Shown: positions 62,047 to 64,000 of the stretch, one piece after another | Layout: every line of letters starts with the position of its first letter | How positions within the stretch are numbered: the first letter of the stretch is position 1 | Assembly: GCA_050014195.1 (NCBI GenBank) | Contig: JBEKDT010000016.1 | Coordinates: forward strand, 55,023-119,022 | Direction: 5' to 3' | Origin: Desulfomonilia bacterium | GTDB lineage: Bacteria > Desulfobacterota > Desulfomonilia > UBA1062 | Length of the DNA: 64,000 nt | Notes under the pieces: generated by a model | Told to the model about the DNA's origin: nothing | Seen by the model: the letters and a program-made list of their open reading frames with translations, nothing else | Databases searched by the model: none | Program-made: the position numbers and the translations under genes

Positions 62047-62240
62047 CATGGAGCATAGAGTTTAAACCGCCATATTCAAAAAATGGGTGGCACGGGCTAA
62101 GCCCAAAGGGCTTGCCCGTGGGACGTGATTACCAAAGCAATAGATCAATATGGATTTAATCGATCATACGAATCAACGTGTCCAAGTTTTAGATATTCCT
62201 GTTACCCGGTCGAAACTAGTTGCCATTTCAGACCAATTTC

Positions 62241-62266
62241 GTCATTCCCGCGGAAGCGGGAATCCA
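62241..62266. repeat. GTCATTCCCGC..GCGGGAATCCA palindrome (dRS3-like)
   Basis: ATTCCCGC-GGAA-GCGGGAAT hairpin; degenerate copy near 62774. Confidence 0.7.
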
Positions 62267-62275
62267 CTTTTTTCT

Positions 62276-62606
62276 GTTGTTACTTTCTTTTGGTGCCACA
62301 ATTCGGCAGGATAGCCGAATTGGACGCACTTCACGTGCGCTCTTTAGGGCGAAGGCCATGGATGGCCTGAGTCAAAAGAAAGTCACCAAAGAAAAGGCAC
62401 CCCATGACCCCGCCCTTCGGGTCCGTTCGCTCGCTTGAAAAATCTGGGCCGCGAGCAAATTTCTTCAGGATAGAAGAAATTGACGCACCGAAGGTGCGCC
62501 CGTAGGGCGAGGGACAAGGATGTCCCGAGTCAAACTCGCTTCGCTCGAACATGAGCCGCTTTTTCCCTGAATTTTCCTGCGCTCGCTCACCGGGTTCAAA
62601 GGGGGA
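62276..62606. repeat. Long MITE-like element containing two nested ~76-bp three-hairpin units
   Basis: 62397-62606 is homologous in inverted orientation to 63790-63930; nested units at 62299-62374 and 62456-62532; 21-bp end duplicated at 62732-62752. Confidence 0.75.
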
Positions 62607-62919
62607 TAAACCATAATACTCAAAGATGAGGTGGATTGTGTAATGGTGCCGTGTCATACTATCCCACGGGCAAGCCCTTTGGGCTTTGCCCGTGCCACCC
62701 GGAAGTTCTCATTATACCCATGCCACCAGTCCGCTCACCGGGTTCAAAGGGGAGAAAAAAACCCTTGCTTATTGTCATTCCAGGCGACAGCGGATTATCT
62801 TTCTTCATCTGGATAATTTTGGATAGAGAGAGTATTTGTTTCCCTATAGAGTGGTAATACACCTTTGATCCGCACCAATATTCCACACTGAAACAAAAGC
62901 ACCGAGGAATGTACCTGAT

Positions 62920-63693
62920 ATGACAAATAAAAAATTAATATTTGTGAGCTGTGGTCAATTAACCGAAGAGGAGAAGCAGCTTGGGAATGCTGTAAAGGGT
63001 GTTATCGACGATACTGATGATTTCGAAGCTTACTTCGCCGAAACAGTTCATGACTTTACTGCCTTAGCACATCACATTTTTGAAGCCCTTCACCGGTGCT
63101 CCGGTGCAATTAGCTTTCTTCACAATAGAGGCTCAGTAACCGACTCTGGCGGGGAGAATTGGGGAATTCGCTCTTCCGTGTGGGTAAACCAAGAAATAGC
63201 CATTCTTGCCTTCCGCCAATTCTTGGAATCTGCAAAGATGCCCATCCTCGTCTTCAAAGAAAACGATGTCAGGCTAGAGGGTGCGATGACGTCATTTATA
63301 GCAAATCCGTTGCCTTTAGAAGGCGTTCAGGAGACACTCACAATAATTAAGAAATGGCTAACTTCTGCGGAATTCGCCCCATGCCTTGCGAATGAATTCG
63401 AGGAGAAGTGGAATAAACTTTCTCTAAACTCCAAGAAAGTCTTGAACTGTTTGACTTGTGAAGGAGGGCAGCAGGTCAAGGAATTTAATATCCTTCAGAA
63501 AATGAAGCAGAAGTACTCGTTCTCTCCAAACGCAGCCGACGCTGCTGTCAGGGAGGCAAAATCACAGTTCATCGATACTGGCTTGGTTATTTGTGACCAC
63601 AACATCTATACCGGTGATGAAATGACGTACCATCCGACATGGAAGTGGTATTTGGTTCGCGCCGCAAGAAGTGTTGACGAAACAAACATCTAA
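62920..63693 (+). CDS. Orphan protein with TIR/nucleoside-deoxyribosyltransferase-like N-terminal domain
   Basis: IFVSC first strand, SVWVNQE motif with conserved-type Glu; RBS GAGG; AT-richer than neighbours by eye. Confidence 0.65.
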   Translation: MTNKKLIFVSCGQLTEEEKQLGNAVKGVIDDTDDFEAYFAETVHDFTALAHHIFEALHRCSGAISFLHNRGSVTDSGGENWGIRSSVWVNQEIAILAFRQFLESAKMPILVFKENDVRLEGAMTSFIANPLPLEGVQETLTIIKKWLTSAEFAPCLANEFEEKWNKLSLNSKKVLNCLTCEGGQQVKEFNILQKMKQKYSFSPNAADAAVREAKSQFIDTGLVICDHNIYTGDEMTYHPTWKWYLVRAARSVDETNI

Positions 63694-63748
63694 CCACGCT
63701 CCTGACGGACCGCGGCGGAGCCGCGGCCGCCGATGCGTTCCGTTTGAA
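63688..63748 (+). other. Degenerate attC-like integron cassette site
   Basis: ATCTAAC (RYYYAAC) overlaps the stop codon; central hairpin CCGCGGC-GGA-GCCGCGG; ends in GTT; 61 bp. Confidence 0.5.
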
Positions 63749-63789
63749 TACTTTTGCAAAGGTCAAAGCAACCAACTCATCTTTTTGAT

Positions 63790-63930
63790 CCCCCTTGAAC
63801 CCGGTGAGTGAGTGCAGGAAAATCCGGGGGAAAGCGTTTCCTGTCTGAGCGGAGTGAAACGGAGCGAGTTAAACGCGACCCGGATTTTCCAAGCGAGCGA
63901 ACGGACCCTTTAGGGCGGGTTCAGTGGGGT
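63790..63930. repeat. Inverted copy of the 62397-62606 element
   Basis: CCCCTTGAACCCGGTGAG..CAAGCGAGCGAACGGACCC..GGGCGGG..TGGGGTG; lacks the nested 62456-62532 unit. Confidence 0.8.
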
Positions 63931-64000
63931 GTACAGGTCAAGGACATAGGTAACAAAAAGTAAAGGGACATAGGTAACACTTTCCGGTTCATTTGAGCCT
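63930..64000. mobile_element. Probable IS terminus (IS481-like), continues beyond the window
   Basis: Starts TGT; GGACATAGGTAACA repeated at 63942-63955 and 63966-63979; interrupts the preceding repeat. Confidence 0.5.

Larger units (their letters stand above)
62085..62700. repeat. Inverted pair of 39-bp palindromic REP-like elements
   Basis: 62085-62123 versus the reverse complement of 62662-62700: 38/39 identical. Confidence 0.88.

Noticed and set aside
62125-62886. Short ORFs within the repeat nest (also 14151..14420)
   Set aside because: They are translations of palindromic repeats with no protein-like features.

Overview
64-kb bacterial chromosomal segment; gene content suggests an anaerobic deltaproteobacterium (Desulfobacterota-like, inferred). 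It holds an envelope/efflux region (MdtA-like MFP, FN3-NHL and PKD lipoproteins, Spy/CpxP-like protein, MacAB-type ABC exporter with OMF, BepA-like M48 protease) and housekeeping genes (mreBCD-mrdA-rodA, shortened glmU, lon, hemL, ahbB, pal, uppP, mscL, rlmI, tRNA-Leu(TAA)). It also holds an ECF sigma/ZAS anti-sigma/Spy-like operon, a PAS hybrid kinase with a REC-HDOD regulator, and many small metabolic genes. Best leads: (1) TGTAGAC-N17-CGTC occurs four times, including upstream of the ECF sigma gene, suggesting its regulon; two copies form a 39/45-bp direct repeat bracketing the efflux operon. (2) A CACGAAG-periodic inverted-repeat element occurs both as gene-less units and abutting a GxxExxY nuclease remnant, suggesting a REP/RAYT-like mobile system. 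(3) A nest of palindromic elements at 62-64 kb includes two covarying three-hairpin units with GGA loops, and surrounds a TIR-like orphan gene with an attC-like site and a probable IS end. All calls come from reading the sequence and recalled family motifs; no searches were run.
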